This document shows, piece by piece, positions 23,943 to 33,207 of a DNA stretch of 51,999 nt. The notes below the pieces were generated by a model. The model was not told the DNA's origin. It saw nothing but the letters and a program-made list of their open reading frames with translations, and did not search any database. How positions within the stretch are numbered: position 1 is the first letter of the stretch; each line of letters opens with the position of its first letter. Position numbers and translations under genes: made by a program. This DNA comes from a virus (lineage: Duplodnaviria; Caudoviricetes): positions 1 through 51,999 of the IMG/VR virus record IMGVR_UViG_3300031758_000112. One strand, 5' to 3'.

Positions 23943-24803
23943 TTAGTCGTTTACTGCTTTGTCGCGTTCGTATTTCGTCAGGTCTTTGGGACCGCTGCTA
24001 GGCACAACAAGCTGGCCGCGTAAACGCGCTTCTGCTTGTTTGCGCTTTTCAGCTTCCGGCAGTTTGGCAAACTTGTAATCATCTTTGGCCATCTTGGTAA
24101 CCAAGTTGGACACGGTCTTGTCGTAGTCCGCCGCTTTACCAAGCACCCTCTCACTGCTGTCAGACATGATTGCAACTTTGTTACCGTCGCTGTTGGTGTA
24201 GGTGCTGCGTACTGTAATTTTGCCAGCGCCACCGGATGGTTTGTCTTTGACAGCGTCAGCCTTAATTTCAGCTATCTTAATGTCACCCGCTTTAGCGGCT
24301 TTCGACAATTTGCCCGTGCCTTCGAGATAGTCGTCGCTCTCTGACAGCGTTTTTGTTTCTGTAATTTTGGCTGCCGTGGCGGCCGTTGCTTTCTTACCTT
24401 CCAAAGCCTTGTTTTGTTCAAACTCAACGTCCCCGGCTTTGGCGTTAATAGGAGCCAGAGTTTCTCTAGTTTTAGCTGCGGCTGTGCCTTCTGCAACCAG
24501 CGCCCTAGCCTTGGCTTCTGGCACACCGGCTTTTATCAAAGCGTCAAATTTATCGGCCTCTGCTTTAGCCGTTGCTTCCAAATACGCAGGGGTCTGGACG
24601 CGGGCTTCTTCGGTAAGACGATCCGAAACATCACGCCCGCGCTTGATCTCATCGATGCGCAATTGCTTTTCGGTTTCAGCCTCCAAGAGCTGTTTCCTTA
24701 AATCCAGCTCGCCCTGCTTTTTCATTTCCATGTCAGCTGCCTTGCCGTAGCCTTCAGCTGTGCGGCCCATGACGCTGCTAATCAAGCCACCAAAACTAGC
24801 CAT
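23943..24803 (-). CDS. Putative internal virion / ejection protein
   Basis: Ala/Lys/Glu-rich helical protein within the ejection cluster. Confidence 0.6.
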   Translation of the reverse strand: MASFGGLISSVMGRTAEGYGKAADMEMKKQGELDLRKQLLEAETEKQLRIDEIKRGRDVSDRLTEEARVQTPAYLEATAKAEADKFDALIKAGVPEAKARALVAEGTAAAKTRETLAPINAKAGDVEFEQNKALEGKKATAATAAKITETKTLSESDDYLEGTGKLSKAAKAGDIKIAEIKADAVKDKPSGGAGKITVRSTYTNSDGNKVAIMSDSSERVLGKAADYDKTVSNLVTKMAKDDYKFAKLPEAEKRKQAEARLRGQLVVPSSGPKDLTKYERDKAVND

Positions 24804-24804
24804 A

Positions 24805-25305
24805 TCAAGCCCCCATCTGCTGCGGTGCAGCCGGAATGTTCTCGTCGCTGTATTGGTTCAACATCTGTTCCATCTTGTCCGGCGCAACGCCAAACTTTTC
24901 TAAGATGATGGCCATCATGATTTGTATGGCGTTTCCAATATCACCGTTGGTTGGGTTGGCCAGCTTAGTATTTCGCATGAAGTCAACCGCTTCCATAAGC
25001 AACTTAACGCCGGCCGGGATGATCACCTCGGGCGGCATCGTTTCGTTTGATTCTTTGAAAAGCAACAGCATTAAACCAGCGACGCCTTGGCCAAGGCGTT
25101 GATCTATAGGGCCTTCCTTTTGCAATTCTTTCAACATCATGCGGTGACTCTCTTTGGAGTACATCACCTTCATGCCGGCAACGACCACGCGGTCGTAAGC
25201 CTCCTGTAACTCAGGCGGCATTTGGATGTTGTCGGATACGTCTTTCGTTGAAAGGTCGTCGCCATCTGGTCGGCCCATGCCGTCTTGAATAATTCCTGTT
25301 GCCAT
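24805..25305 (-). CDS. Putative virion protein (166 aa)
   Basis: AAGGAG RBS before ATG 25305 (MATGIIQDGMG...). Confidence 0.65.
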   Translation of the reverse strand: MATGIIQDGMGRPDGDDLSTKDVSDNIQMPPELQEAYDRVVVAGMKVMYSKESHRMMLKELQKEGPIDQRLGQGVAGLMLLLFKESNETMPPEVIIPAGVKLLMEAVDFMRNTKLANPTNGDIGNAIQIMMAIILEKFGVAPDKMEQMLNQYSDENIPAAPQQMGA

Positions 25306-25315
25306 GGTGTTCTCC

Positions 25316-26377
25316 TTATGCTGGGCGTGTTTGCATGTTGCTGGCCACAAGCCCGGGGGCTTGTGCGTTGGCGTTGGGGTTAACTGCTATGTTGGATTGC
25401 GGGCTTACTGACGTATAGCGATTAGTCATGTTAAGGCGGCGTTGCTTTTCTTTTGCAATAGCCAACTGAATTTCTTGCGCTTTTGCGTCAGCATAACCAG
25501 TGTTGGCTTCCAGCGCTGCAATCTCAGAGTCGGTCTTGCCGCTTAAGTAATCAGTTAGACCACCGATTGCTTGAGCCGCAACATAGGCACCTGTTGGATT
25601 GTTCTTCAACATGTCCATGGCGCCTGAACCAACAGCGCCGGCGGCGTCTATTAAGTTGCCCTTTTTCAAAGATTCCGCAAACGTGTCTTTATATGGCCCA
25701 TAAGAGGTGGGGGGTTTAACGCCGGGGGCGTAAGACATTTCGGGAAGTTTATTGCCAAGTATGTCCATACCGGGTTTAGCAAGCGGATCGACAGCGGGGT
25801 TCATGTTCAAAGACCGGGTGCCGCCGCCGGCAACGGGGACATCCGCGCCACCGCCACCGCCACCGGGAACGTTAACGTCAAGGTTCTTAGTATTTAAAGC
25901 AGCGTCATTAGATTGGAGCTTGATGTCTGCCGCGCTTGAGGGAACCTCAGCAACTGGTTTAACTTCGGGCGCGCCGGTTGGAGTCTGAGATAAAGTAGCC
26001 TCAGCACCTGTTTTAGCGGCGTCCATACCAAAAGTCTCGCCAACAGTGCCGGATTTAAACAAGCCTGCGCTTTCAGCAGCCATGCCTACACCGCCGGCGA
26101 TACCCGCGATCATGCCAATCTTTGATAAGGTCTTATTGCCCGTCACGTTGCCAATTAGGCTCAGGGCCGCGCCAGCAAAGGTGATGCCTTGCATCAAAGT
26201 CATTGCAGCAAACGTGCCGGCAGCCGCGTAAGTGCCCGCCATTGTCGAGATCGCAATGATCGCGCTGATTGGTTCGTTCTTTTCGCCGTAAGCTGCCCCG
26301 CCGGTGGGGTCACCGATAGGATGGTCAGCCGCCATTGCCCGGGTTTGTGTCCGGGTCAAATAAAATTTCTTAATCAT
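25316..26377 (-). CDS. Putative DNA ejection / pilot protein with hydrophobic N-terminal helices (P22 gp7-like position)
   Basis: Gly/Ala-rich membrane-like segments. Directly follows the GNAT gene, as gp7 follows gp14 in P22. Confidence 0.55.
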   Translation of the reverse strand: MIKKFYLTRTQTRAMAADHPIGDPTGGAAYGEKNEPISAIIAISTMAGTYAAAGTFAAMTLMQGITFAGAALSLIGNVTGNKTLSKIGMIAGIAGGVGMAAESAGLFKSGTVGETFGMDAAKTGAEATLSQTPTGAPEVKPVAEVPSSAADIKLQSNDAALNTKNLDVNVPGGGGGGADVPVAGGGTRSLNMNPAVDPLAKPGMDILGNKLPEMSYAPGVKPPTSYGPYKDTFAESLKKGNLIDAAGAVGSGAMDMLKNNPTGAYVAAQAIGGLTDYLSGKTDSEIAALEANTGYADAKAQEIQLAIAKEKQRRLNMTNRYTSVSPQSNIAVNPNANAQAPGLVASNMQTRPA

Positions 26378-26763
26378 AGTTTCCTCTCAAATGGTAGGCT
26401 GCCAAGCAGGTAGTACTCAACGTTCCCGTCTTTCCAAGTGGGTTTGAACCCAAGTCGTGTTACAAACATTTTTTGATCCGCGTGCCCGTGCGCTATGCGC
26501 GTAGTCAAAAAGCCATGTCTTTCAAACATTGGTTTGAGAAAAGACCTGATTGACCCACGCATGCTGCCCTTGGGCCGCCAGTCAGGAACAAGCGCAAAGT
26601 GCACCTCGGTCCCCTTAGCCACCATCGTACAAACATGGCGCCCTTCAAAATCAAACGGGACGATTTCCCAATCAGCAAAATACTCAAGGATCTCATAACG
26701 AGACAGCGCTGTGCCCTTACGAATCGAAGAGATAATCGGTTCGAGAAAAGCTTCGCGTGTCAT
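26374..26763 (-). CDS. GNAT-fold protein (P22 gp14 / T7 gp13-like)
   Basis: EVHFAL..WRPKG...MFVTRLGFK. Typical size and position before the ejection genes. Confidence 0.65.
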   Translation of the reverse strand: MTREAFLEPIISSIRKGTALSRYEILEYFADWEIVPFDFEGRHVCTMVAKGTEVHFALVPDWRPKGSMRGSIRSFLKPMFERHGFLTTRIAHGHADQKMFVTRLGFKPTWKDGNVEYYLLGSLPFERKL

Positions 26764-27764
26764 GTAAAGACCAACAAGTCTTTAAGCCCGGGGATGCCAG
26801 ACGTTGCGCTCAAAATTCCAAGCGCAGTTTTTAATTGCGCTTTTTGATCGTTGACCGCTGCGGTTACTTGGGTCGTATCTAAGTCAGGGTTGGCCATAAG
26901 ATCCGCAATGTTCTTAGACACTTGCTGGAAAATATCGTTTGCGCTTTGTGACGCCTGCATTTGGTTCTTGTACCTAGCTTCAGTTGCGGCCAAGTCTTTA
27001 CGGGTCGAGGCATCAATGTTTTGCAACTCAATCTTGGTATTTGAATCAGCGTTAGCCAAAGCAATTTTCATTGACTGGTCCATCATGTTTTGAACAGTGC
27101 TGTTCAAAGCCGTGGAGTATTGCTTAGACACATCGGTCTGCACGCCGGCCGTAAACTGGGCGGCTTGGTTTTGATTGGCCGCGTTGTTTAAGGCCGCTTG
27201 GTTCTTGGCGCCAGCAGTAAATTGAGACGCTTGGTTCTGCGCGCCCGCATTGGCCAAAGCCGCTTGATTTGCAGCGGCCGCGCCAAACTGCAAACCGGTG
27301 TTTGTTTGGCCGGTGTTGAACTGGGCGTTCTGGTTGGCCAAATTAGTGTTGAGCTGACCAGCGTTGGCAAAAGTCGTAGCGTCCTGCGACGCAATTGGCA
27401 GAGCTTGTTTGATAACGGCCTCTTGACCAGCGCCTATGGCCATGCTTGAATTGGTCAAACCGCGTTGGTTCATCTGGGCTAAAGAAGCTGCCCGAGCCTG
27501 TTGAAGCAAGGGCGAGTTAGCTGCAAGAATTCCGGTTAACTGACCCTGAACGGTTTCATTGCTTTGGGGAGTCAATGAAGTTAGGGCCGCGTTACCAGCG
27601 GTGTACCCGGTAGCCGCTGCGTTTGAGGCGTCGTAACCCGAAGCGCCAGCTGTCGCGGCGTTATACCCGGTCGCCTGCGGTGCCGACATAGCCTTTGTGG
27701 CCGCAGTAAGCAGGTTAGACCCGGTGTTGGTGTTTAGATCGAATGGATTGTTTGCTATAGCCAT
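26760..27764 (-). CDS. Low-complexity Asn/Gln/Ala-rich virion protein
   Basis: GGAG RBS before ATG 27764 (MAIANNPF). Repeats of NQAxQFTAG and TGYxA. Confidence 0.65.
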   Translation of the reverse strand: MAIANNPFDLNTNTGSNLLTAATKAMSAPQATGYNAATAGASGYDASNAAATGYTAGNAALTSLTPQSNETVQGQLTGILAANSPLLQQARAASLAQMNQRGLTNSSMAIGAGQEAVIKQALPIASQDATTFANAGQLNTNLANQNAQFNTGQTNTGLQFGAAAANQAALANAGAQNQASQFTAGAKNQAALNNAANQNQAAQFTAGVQTDVSKQYSTALNSTVQNMMDQSMKIALANADSNTKIELQNIDASTRKDLAATEARYKNQMQASQSANDIFQQVSKNIADLMANPDLDTTQVTAAVNDQKAQLKTALGILSATSGIPGLKDLLVFT

Positions 27765-27777
27765 ATTTGCTCCACAA

Positions 27778-27856
27778 ATGAGAAAGCCGCGTGACGCGGC
27801 TTCTTGCGGGCGCACGAGCCCCGCACAGATTTTACTTTAATAACCGGGTTGGTCAA
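27778..27856 (-). promoter_or_regulatory. Promoter + hairpin + terminator-like leader upstream of the ejection genes
   Basis: Minus strand: TTGACC(27856-27851)-16-TAAAAT(27834-27829), then a hairpin containing TGCGCCC, then AAGCCGCG-TCA-CGCGGCTT followed by TCTCATTT. Confidence 0.6.
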
Positions 27857-28356
27857 GATAAAAATAACTCCCTTTCGGCCACCCGCCGCTTGACAAGCCC
27901 GGGCAGTACTTTGCCCCCGCCCTTGGTCCAAACCATGAAAGCCTCTGCTGCGCCCTCCCAATCCCCCCGGTTGGCCTTCATCCGGATTGTGCTGCGCTGG
28001 AGGTTACCTAATCCAAAATTAAAGGATATAGATACCAAAGCGTCAAAGCGACCTTGATGCCCAGCACAGCCGGGAACAAGTCGTAGAACACCACGTTCAA
28101 AAGACGCAACGTCATCAGCGAATAGTTTGTTGATTTCTTCTTTTGTCCAAACACGGTTGTCCTCCGATTGCAAAGGGTGCTCACTGCGGATCACGCCAGC
28201 GTAACCCTCCTTGCGCACCATGGGCAGCTTGATCTGGTCTTGGTACAACACATGCCCAAAACCAATTGTCCAAATGTTGGCCGGGCATAGGTAGGGTTTA
28301 CTCCTACACCCTTCAAAGCGGTGCATCAAATCAGCACCGGCTTTGCTCAATTTCAT
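27853..28356 (-). CDS. Endolysin, GH24 (T4-like) lysozyme
   Basis: FEGCRSKPYLCPANIWTIGFG (E-x8-C-x5-T), FDALVSISFNFG, LPGLVKRRVAE. Start at the ATGA overlap, 28356. Confidence 0.92.
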   Translation of the reverse strand: MKLSKAGADLMHRFEGCRSKPYLCPANIWTIGFGHVLYQDQIKLPMVRKEGYAGVIRSEHPLQSEDNRVWTKEEINKLFADDVASFERGVLRLVPGCAGHQGRFDALVSISFNFGLGNLQRSTIRMKANRGDWEGAAEAFMVWTKGGGKVLPGLVKRRVAERELFLS

Positions 28357-28877
28357 TTCTTGCTCCATCCGCGTGAGCCAAACCAGAATCCAATGATGCC
28401 GCCAAGCATGGCCATCTCATCGGGGCTAAAGATGATGTCGGTGTATCGCAGAACGTCGTCCATGTTCTGGATAAGGTTTGGGTTTGAGTACAGGTAGTAG
28501 CACAAGAAGGTATTGATGCACACCAGCTCAAGCACAAAAATGTAGGTTATTGTGGGGCGAACCGTGCCCACGTAGCTGGCCACCCATGTTGACGCTTTTG
28601 CCAACACTGCCTTGTCGTGCTCTTGGGCGCCTTGCACCATCTCAGCCTCAGCCTCGGCCATCTGTGCTTGGGTCTGCAAAGCCACCTGCTCGGTGCGGAT
28701 CTCTTCCACTCGGGCTTGAGCGGCAAACCCCGCAGCGGCCAGCTGAAGCTCTCGCTCGGTTTGGACAGCAGCCAAAGCCAGCTCGTGCTTTTGGTCAGCT
28801 TTATTCTGGAAATACTCCAGCAGTTTGGGCAAGCCTGAAATCAACAGACCGCCAAGAGTTGAGAATAGTGAAAGCAT
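28353..28877 (-). CDS. Holin-like membrane protein (3TM-holin type)
   Basis: N-terminal amphipathic helix, VRPTITY TM, C-terminal IIGFWFGSR. Directly upstream of the endolysin. Confidence 0.65.
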   Translation of the reverse strand: MLSLFSTLGGLLISGLPKLLEYFQNKADQKHELALAAVQTERELQLAAAGFAAQARVEEIRTEQVALQTQAQMAEAEAEMVQGAQEHDKAVLAKASTWVASYVGTVRPTITYIFVLELVCINTFLCYYLYSNPNLIQNMDDVLRYTDIIFSPDEMAMLGGIIGFWFGSRGWSKK

Positions 28878-29067
28878 TATTTTTCTCCAAGTTAATTTTT
28901 ACATCTACACAAATTGCTTCAACCGTTTTGTTTTGCTTGATAAGTTCATTTTTCTGTTGTGCAATTTCTTGCTCACATTTTTTCTCGTTTAACGTGTAAC
29001 TCTCTGATTGAAAAAAGGCACACTCCATTCCGATGCAAATGTATAGGACGGGAATATAAATTATCAT
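28801..29067 (-). CDS. Hypothetical Cys-containing protein
   Basis: Coupled ORF in the lysis block with a hydrophobic N-terminus and four Cys. Confidence 0.55.
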   Translation of the reverse strand: MIIYIPVLYICIGMECAFFQSESYTLNEKKCEQEIAQQKNELIKQNKTVEAICVDVKINLEKNNAFTILNSWRSVDFRLAQTAGVFPE

Positions 29068-29246
29068 TTACCTTCCTTTTTAGAGATCAGAAAATTGATG
29101 ATTTGTTTGGAATCATCGGCGGGCAAAATATACAACAAGCCTAGCAACCAATCGATTGCAAGAACAACAGCGCAGCACTTGATGAAACGATCAATCCCAA
29201 GTCGCCAGTCAGCGCCAACATCAAACCATTTAAATATCTCAAACAC
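29064..29246 (-). CDS. Small membrane protein
   Basis: One TM-like stretch. Tightly packed with neighbours. Confidence 0.55.
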   Translation of the reverse strand: MFEIFKWFDVGADWRLGIDRFIKCCAVVLAIDWLLGLLYILPADDSKQIINFLISKKEGK

Positions 29247-29247
29247 A

Positions 29248-29742
29248 TCAGCCGCATCTTCTTGTTTTTTCGCAGAAGTCTATGAGTTCGCTTACGCCAA
29301 CAAAAGCAAAGAACGCCACAAAGAAAAGAAAACCTATTGCCAAAGCAATCTCGGTCACCTCTTCCTCTTTTTGTTTGGCTTTCTTTTCCTCGGCTTTCAG
29401 CGCACTAATCTCTTTGGCATCAGCTAAGTTCATTTCAGCTTCGCGCGCTTTGATCTTGTTCCACACGTCTATCTTGCCGGTCTGCATGAAAAGCATTTTT
29501 AGCTCTTCCTCAAAAGCACGGGCTTGCTCCAAAGCCATCTCGATCTGGAGAGCCGTCCCCATGTTCGATTTATTTTTGGAACGCTTGGCCTCAAGCATGG
29601 ATTTTGTGGCCACACTTTTTGCGTCAAACAGCTTCCCAATCATGGGCGCCAAACTTGATAAATCGTTGGCGACCTTCGCCGCCTTCTTGACCAACGAGAT
29701 AGCCGACTGTATGCCCGCAAGCGCGGTGATCGGATCAATCAT
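29248..29742 (-). CDS. Coiled-coil protein with C-terminal TM (MIDPIT... type)
   Basis: N-terminal amphipathic helix, coiled coil, C-terminal hydrophobic anchor. Confidence 0.7.
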   Translation of the reverse strand: MIDPITALAGIQSAISLVKKAAKVANDLSSLAPMIGKLFDAKSVATKSMLEAKRSKNKSNMGTALQIEMALEQARAFEEELKMLFMQTGKIDVWNKIKAREAEMNLADAKEISALKAEEKKAKQKEEEVTEIALAIGFLFFVAFFAFVGVSELIDFCEKTRRCG

Positions 29743-29891
29743 TTTCTTTCAACCTTTTTCCATTCAAGGCAAATTACTTTGCGGTTATAAACATCACCGG
29801 TCCACGACCATCGGACACAACGGTATTCAGCCTTGTCTTTGCTAACAGCTATCGGTAGAAAAAGAAAAGCCGTGAGGATTAAACATCTCAC
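29739..29891 (-). CDS. 50-aa exported two-Cys peptide (not in ORF track)
   Basis: GTG start overlapping the upstream TGA, and stop overlapping the next ATG. MRCLILTAFLFLPIAVS-KDKAEYRCVRWSWTGDVYNRKVICLEWKKVERK. Confidence 0.65.
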   Translation of the reverse strand: MRCLILTAFLFLPIAVSKDKAEYRCVRWSWTGDVYNRKVICLEWKKVERK

Positions 29892-30064
29892 GGCTCAACG
29901 GCCTTGTCTTCTTTACGGTTCTGTTGTTGGATTTCTTTACGTAGTTTTTCCATCTTCTCAATCTGCTGCTTGGCCTCGTGCTTTGTTTGCAGCACGTCCA
30001 TGTACAACAGCCCGAGAAGCGGGAGCAACAGACCCGCCAAAACCAACGCCGCTATCCAACCCAT
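29888..30064 (-). CDS. Small TM + coiled-coil protein
   Basis: Probable start at the TGATG overlap, 30064 (MGWIAALVLAGLLL...); the ORF is open to 30187. Confidence 0.55.
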   Translation of the reverse strand: MGWIAALVLAGLLLPLLGLLYMDVLQTKHEAKQQIEKMEKLRKEIQQQNRKEDKAVEP

Positions 30065-30735
30065 CACTGTCCACCAGTCTTGCTCAAGAGGCCGAGGAGT
30101 ATCCACATATACAGGAGGCCTAGGATAGTCACCAGTAGATATACCTGCCGTTCGTTTAGGAGCCGCTCCTTTTCTTTGCGTTGCCATGATTCAGCATCTC
30201 GCTTCTTTCTTGCCTTGTCTTGCTCGGCCTTAATAATGTCACGCATCTCGAACGTTCGGCTGTACAGGGCCCCCATCTCTTTAGGAGCGCCGTATACCAT
30301 CGCCTCTCGTATTTCCACTTCCAGCGCCGTAAACTGATCTTGAACCATGAGCCGCTTTAAGGCGGCCTCCATTAAATTTGCGTCAGGATCGTAAACGTTT
30401 TTTGATCGTTCTTCTTCGGCCCTTATGTGCTCAGCAAGCTGTTCTTGCAATTTGAAGAAATGGGAAAGTTGGGTGACGATGTCTGATAGGACTTGCGTTT
30501 CGTCGACGGCAACGTAAGCCTCTTTCTTTTTCGCCACAGACTTGGGGCTTGCGGTGGGCGTTGTTCCGAAGAGCTTTGACCAGAACCCTCTGACTGCTTT
30601 GACATCTGAAGCAACTTCATCAACCGTTTTCTTAATTTCCATGAAAGACGTTTTGGCGTCTTTATACAGCTTGCATCCCTGCTTAATTGCGGCAACACAG
30701 GTATTGGCTGCCAGAAGGATGCTGAGCGGATCCAC
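30064..30735 (-). CDS. Coiled-coil protein with C-terminal TM (MDPLS... type)
   Basis: Same architecture as 29248-29742. Confidence 0.7.
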   Translation of the reverse strand: MDPLSILLAANTCVAAIKQGCKLYKDAKTSFMEIKKTVDEVASDVKAVRGFWSKLFGTTPTASPKSVAKKKEAYVAVDETQVLSDIVTQLSHFFKLQEQLAEHIRAEEERSKNVYDPDANLMEAALKRLMVQDQFTALEVEIREAMVYGAPKEMGALYSRTFEMRDIIKAEQDKARKKRDAESWQRKEKERLLNERQVYLLVTILGLLYMWILLGLLSKTGGQ

Positions 30736-30739
30736 ATCG

Positions 30740-30937
30740 TTACAGCCCTAAAAGTTTTTTCACAAACTCGGCTGCAACACCGGGTCCAAGCAAGACGGCC
30801 AAGATCACTGCGTACAAAAGGTACTCAATCTTGGTCATACGCTGGTCCCCTTTTTTCAGGGACATTGATATAGCGTTGTATCGTTCTGCGCAAATGGCTT
30901 CGTGCACGGCTACCCTCTTATCGATGTCGGCTTCCAT
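30740..30937 (-). CDS. Small membrane protein (holin/XhlA-like architecture)
   Basis: HEAICAERY coiled coil followed by a C-terminal TM. First gene of the lysis block. Confidence 0.6.
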   Translation of the reverse strand: MEADIDKRVAVHEAICAERYNAISMSLKKGDQRMTKIEYLLYAVILAVLLGPGVAAEFVKKLLGL

Positions 30938-30940
30938 TTA

Positions 30941-31270
30941 TCATTCCGGTTTAGTTGGCCAAGTGATTGTCCAAGGGAAGCCCACTTGTGTTGGCACGTC
31001 GCGCAGCGCTTGACAGTAATCCTTCCACTCTTGTGAGGGTGTCAGGTCACTGCGAAAACGCCAGTCAGTATCAGCAAGCAATTTGTTGCGCTCAAAGCGC
31101 ATTAAGTTGCTTTGGAATTGCTGAGAGGCCTTGGCTGTAAATTCTTTGTCAACATCAGCAACAACCCAGCCTGTGCCAACCCAACAACGTTGAGACTCGT
31201 TGTAAACAATCTCCGTCAGCGACTCTTCAATCACATCGCCTTCAGGCGTTAAGAGTTGATAGTTAGACAT
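30941..31270 (-). CDS. Tail fibre assembly chaperone
   Basis: ERNKLLADTDW...WKDYCQALRDVPTQVGFPWTITWPTKPE signature. Confidence 0.85.
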   Translation of the reverse strand: MSNYQLLTPEGDVIEESLTEIVYNESQRCWVGTGWVVADVDKEFTAKASQQFQSNLMRFERNKLLADTDWRFRSDLTPSQEWKDYCQALRDVPTQVGFPWTITWPTKPE

Positions 31271-31271
31271 T

Positions 31272-32879
31272 TCAAGTCATCCCAAAAAGATTTGCCGTCG
31301 AACCAATCACATTGCCTTTTGTCCCGGGCACCACTGTTGCGCGATTGTCAAAGTTGCCGCCCGATGAGTAGTTAGAAGTTAATTGATAAGTGCCCTTTGT
31401 AGTAAGCCGCACAGATCCATCAGCACTTACAGAATTCAAGGCCACACCCACAACAGACTTGCGCAAATTGTTGATCGTGTACGAACTAGGTTGGGACGAC
31501 ATAACCTTGCGCGAGACATGTATATTTCCGCTTGTAAAAAAGCTATAAATACTGGTTTGACTATTAGACGTTTGTACTACGATTACACTGCCGGATGTTG
31601 CGCCTGACATGTCGCAAACCAAATATTTTTGATCATAAGATGTGCTGTCATCATTGTTGCCCACATTAAAGACACCAAAAAAACCACCACCAAAATAAGT
31701 TGCATCTGGTCCGCACATAGCTACTGAGTTACTGCCTGCTGAATTCCCCCCTGAAACGGCGTTGTTTGAAATATTTCCACCCGCGTCTGAAAAAGTCAAA
31801 AGCCTAATGCTGCCGCTACTCCAAATTACAGTGGCAAAACCAGAACCAAAGCGACACAAACCGGGCCAAGTTGTTGACGAATTTGGAGCGTTTGAAGTCA
31901 AATTGATGTTACTAATCAGAGACAAATCAGAATTGCACAAATAAGCGTGAAGATATGATGTGCTGTTGTTCGCGTAGATTTTTACTATTTTTCCGCCAGA
32001 CAACTCTATGACATTATTGTCATCAAAATTTCCTCTAGCAAGGTTAGTTCCGGAGCTGGCTATGTTGACTTGTGAACCAACTCTGACACCACTAGAGTCG
32101 TATTTAGATATTGAACTTCTGTTGTTTTGAGCGCTGTACCAACCCACCACAAAACCGCCAGCCGCCAAAGGACAAACAGAAAAGTAAAAGGCATTGCTAC
32201 TGGCTTCGACAGCTGTTGTAGATCCTTGCAGCGTGCCTGATGAGTTGTATCGCCGAAAACTCAAAGGGTAAGGATTAACAGACCCGTTTCTCAAAATGAC
32301 AAATTCGCCATTGCTTAAATGTGAAAGCGTCCAGTACTCAGGGGTGCTGCTTTGAGAGTCTGTAAAAACCTCAAATTCCGCAGCTACTGGTGTGCCATCA
32401 TTGTTGTAAATTCTAGCTTTGACTGTAGTGCTAAAAGCCCAAGCGACAACAAATTTGTTTTGTCCGGGCAGTGAAGAAACTCTTGTGCAAGCTACGCTTG
32501 CATCCGTAGAAACTTTAACTCTGGAAATAACTGTGCCGTTACCAATATTGCGAACTACAAAATTTACATCACTGCTTTGAGTAGTTCCGTCGCCGGCATA
32601 AGTGTGAACAATATTTCCATTACTTAACTCACAAGAGGACCTATATCGATAGCCGGTATTGGGTCCGTAACTTCCGCTAGACTCAAAATTTGAAGAAGCA
32701 GAAATAGTCGTTGCGCCCGCAGTGGTTGAATTGTTTGTACTAAAAGCAAGATCTACGTTTGCTTTTACCGCCCGGCCACCATCAGTATTGATGACAAGAT
32801 CCCCGGCCGCAATCGTTGCTCCGGCAGTCATTGTGACGACACCTAAATCGTCCGTTTGTGTTGATGCTATGCGTCCCAT
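31272..32879 (-). CDS. Receptor-binding / tail tip protein, probable beta-propeller
   Basis: Repeated blades (LSNGNIV, LSNGEFV, LAAGGFVVGW, LSGGKIV). Ser/Asn-rich and AT-richer DNA. Confidence 0.65.
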   Translation of the reverse strand: MGRIASTQTDDLGVVTMTAGATIAAGDLVINTDGGRAVKANVDLAFSTNNSTTAGATTISASSNFESSGSYGPNTGYRYRSSCELSNGNIVHTYAGDGTTQSSDVNFVVRNIGNGTVISRVKVSTDASVACTRVSSLPGQNKFVVAWAFSTTVKARIYNNDGTPVAAEFEVFTDSQSSTPEYWTLSHLSNGEFVILRNGSVNPYPLSFRRYNSSGTLQGSTTAVEASSNAFYFSVCPLAAGGFVVGWYSAQNNRSSISKYDSSGVRVGSQVNIASSGTNLARGNFDDNNVIELSGGKIVKIYANNSTSYLHAYLCNSDLSLISNINLTSNAPNSSTTWPGLCRFGSGFATVIWSSGSIRLLTFSDAGGNISNNAVSGGNSAGSNSVAMCGPDATYFGGGFFGVFNVGNNDDSTSYDQKYLVCDMSGATSGSVIVVQTSNSQTSIYSFFTSGNIHVSRKVMSSQPSSYTINNLRKSVVGVALNSVSADGSVRLTTKGTYQLTSNYSSGGNFDNRATVVPGTKGNVIGSTANLFGMT

Positions 32880-32881
32880 GA

Positions 32882-33193
32882 TTAGTCCTCGTATCCGTAA
32901 ACATTGACAGAAACATCTGCTGTACTAGCAAATGCCACCAAATTCTTTGTTGCAGAAGCAACAACGCCTGTTCGCTCAATCACACCATTGCCTTCAAGCA
33001 CGGTGTCGTACTCAATGTACTCAGCGTTAGTTGGTGTTCCAGAAGCGGCCACAGCCAATCTAATTGTGGCTTGTGTTGAACTGCGATTGCACACACTCAC
33101 ATTGAATGTTCCAATCTTCGCAACAGGCACGGTGTAAACCGTGGTGTTTGTCGTTGCGGCCAAAGCTGATTGACCTAGTGTTCCTGATGCCAT
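32882..33193 (-). CDS. Small tail fibre adaptor-like structural protein
   Basis: TTVYTVP...NVSVCNR...YIEYD...VSVNVYGYE beta-sandwich pattern. Confidence 0.65.
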   Translation of the reverse strand: MASGTLGQSALAATTNTTVYTVPVAKIGTFNVSVCNRSSTQATIRLAVAASGTPTNAEYIEYDTVLEGNGVIERTGVVASATKNLVAFASTADVSVNVYGYED

Positions 33194-33207
33194 GGTAAGA
33201 GCTCCTA

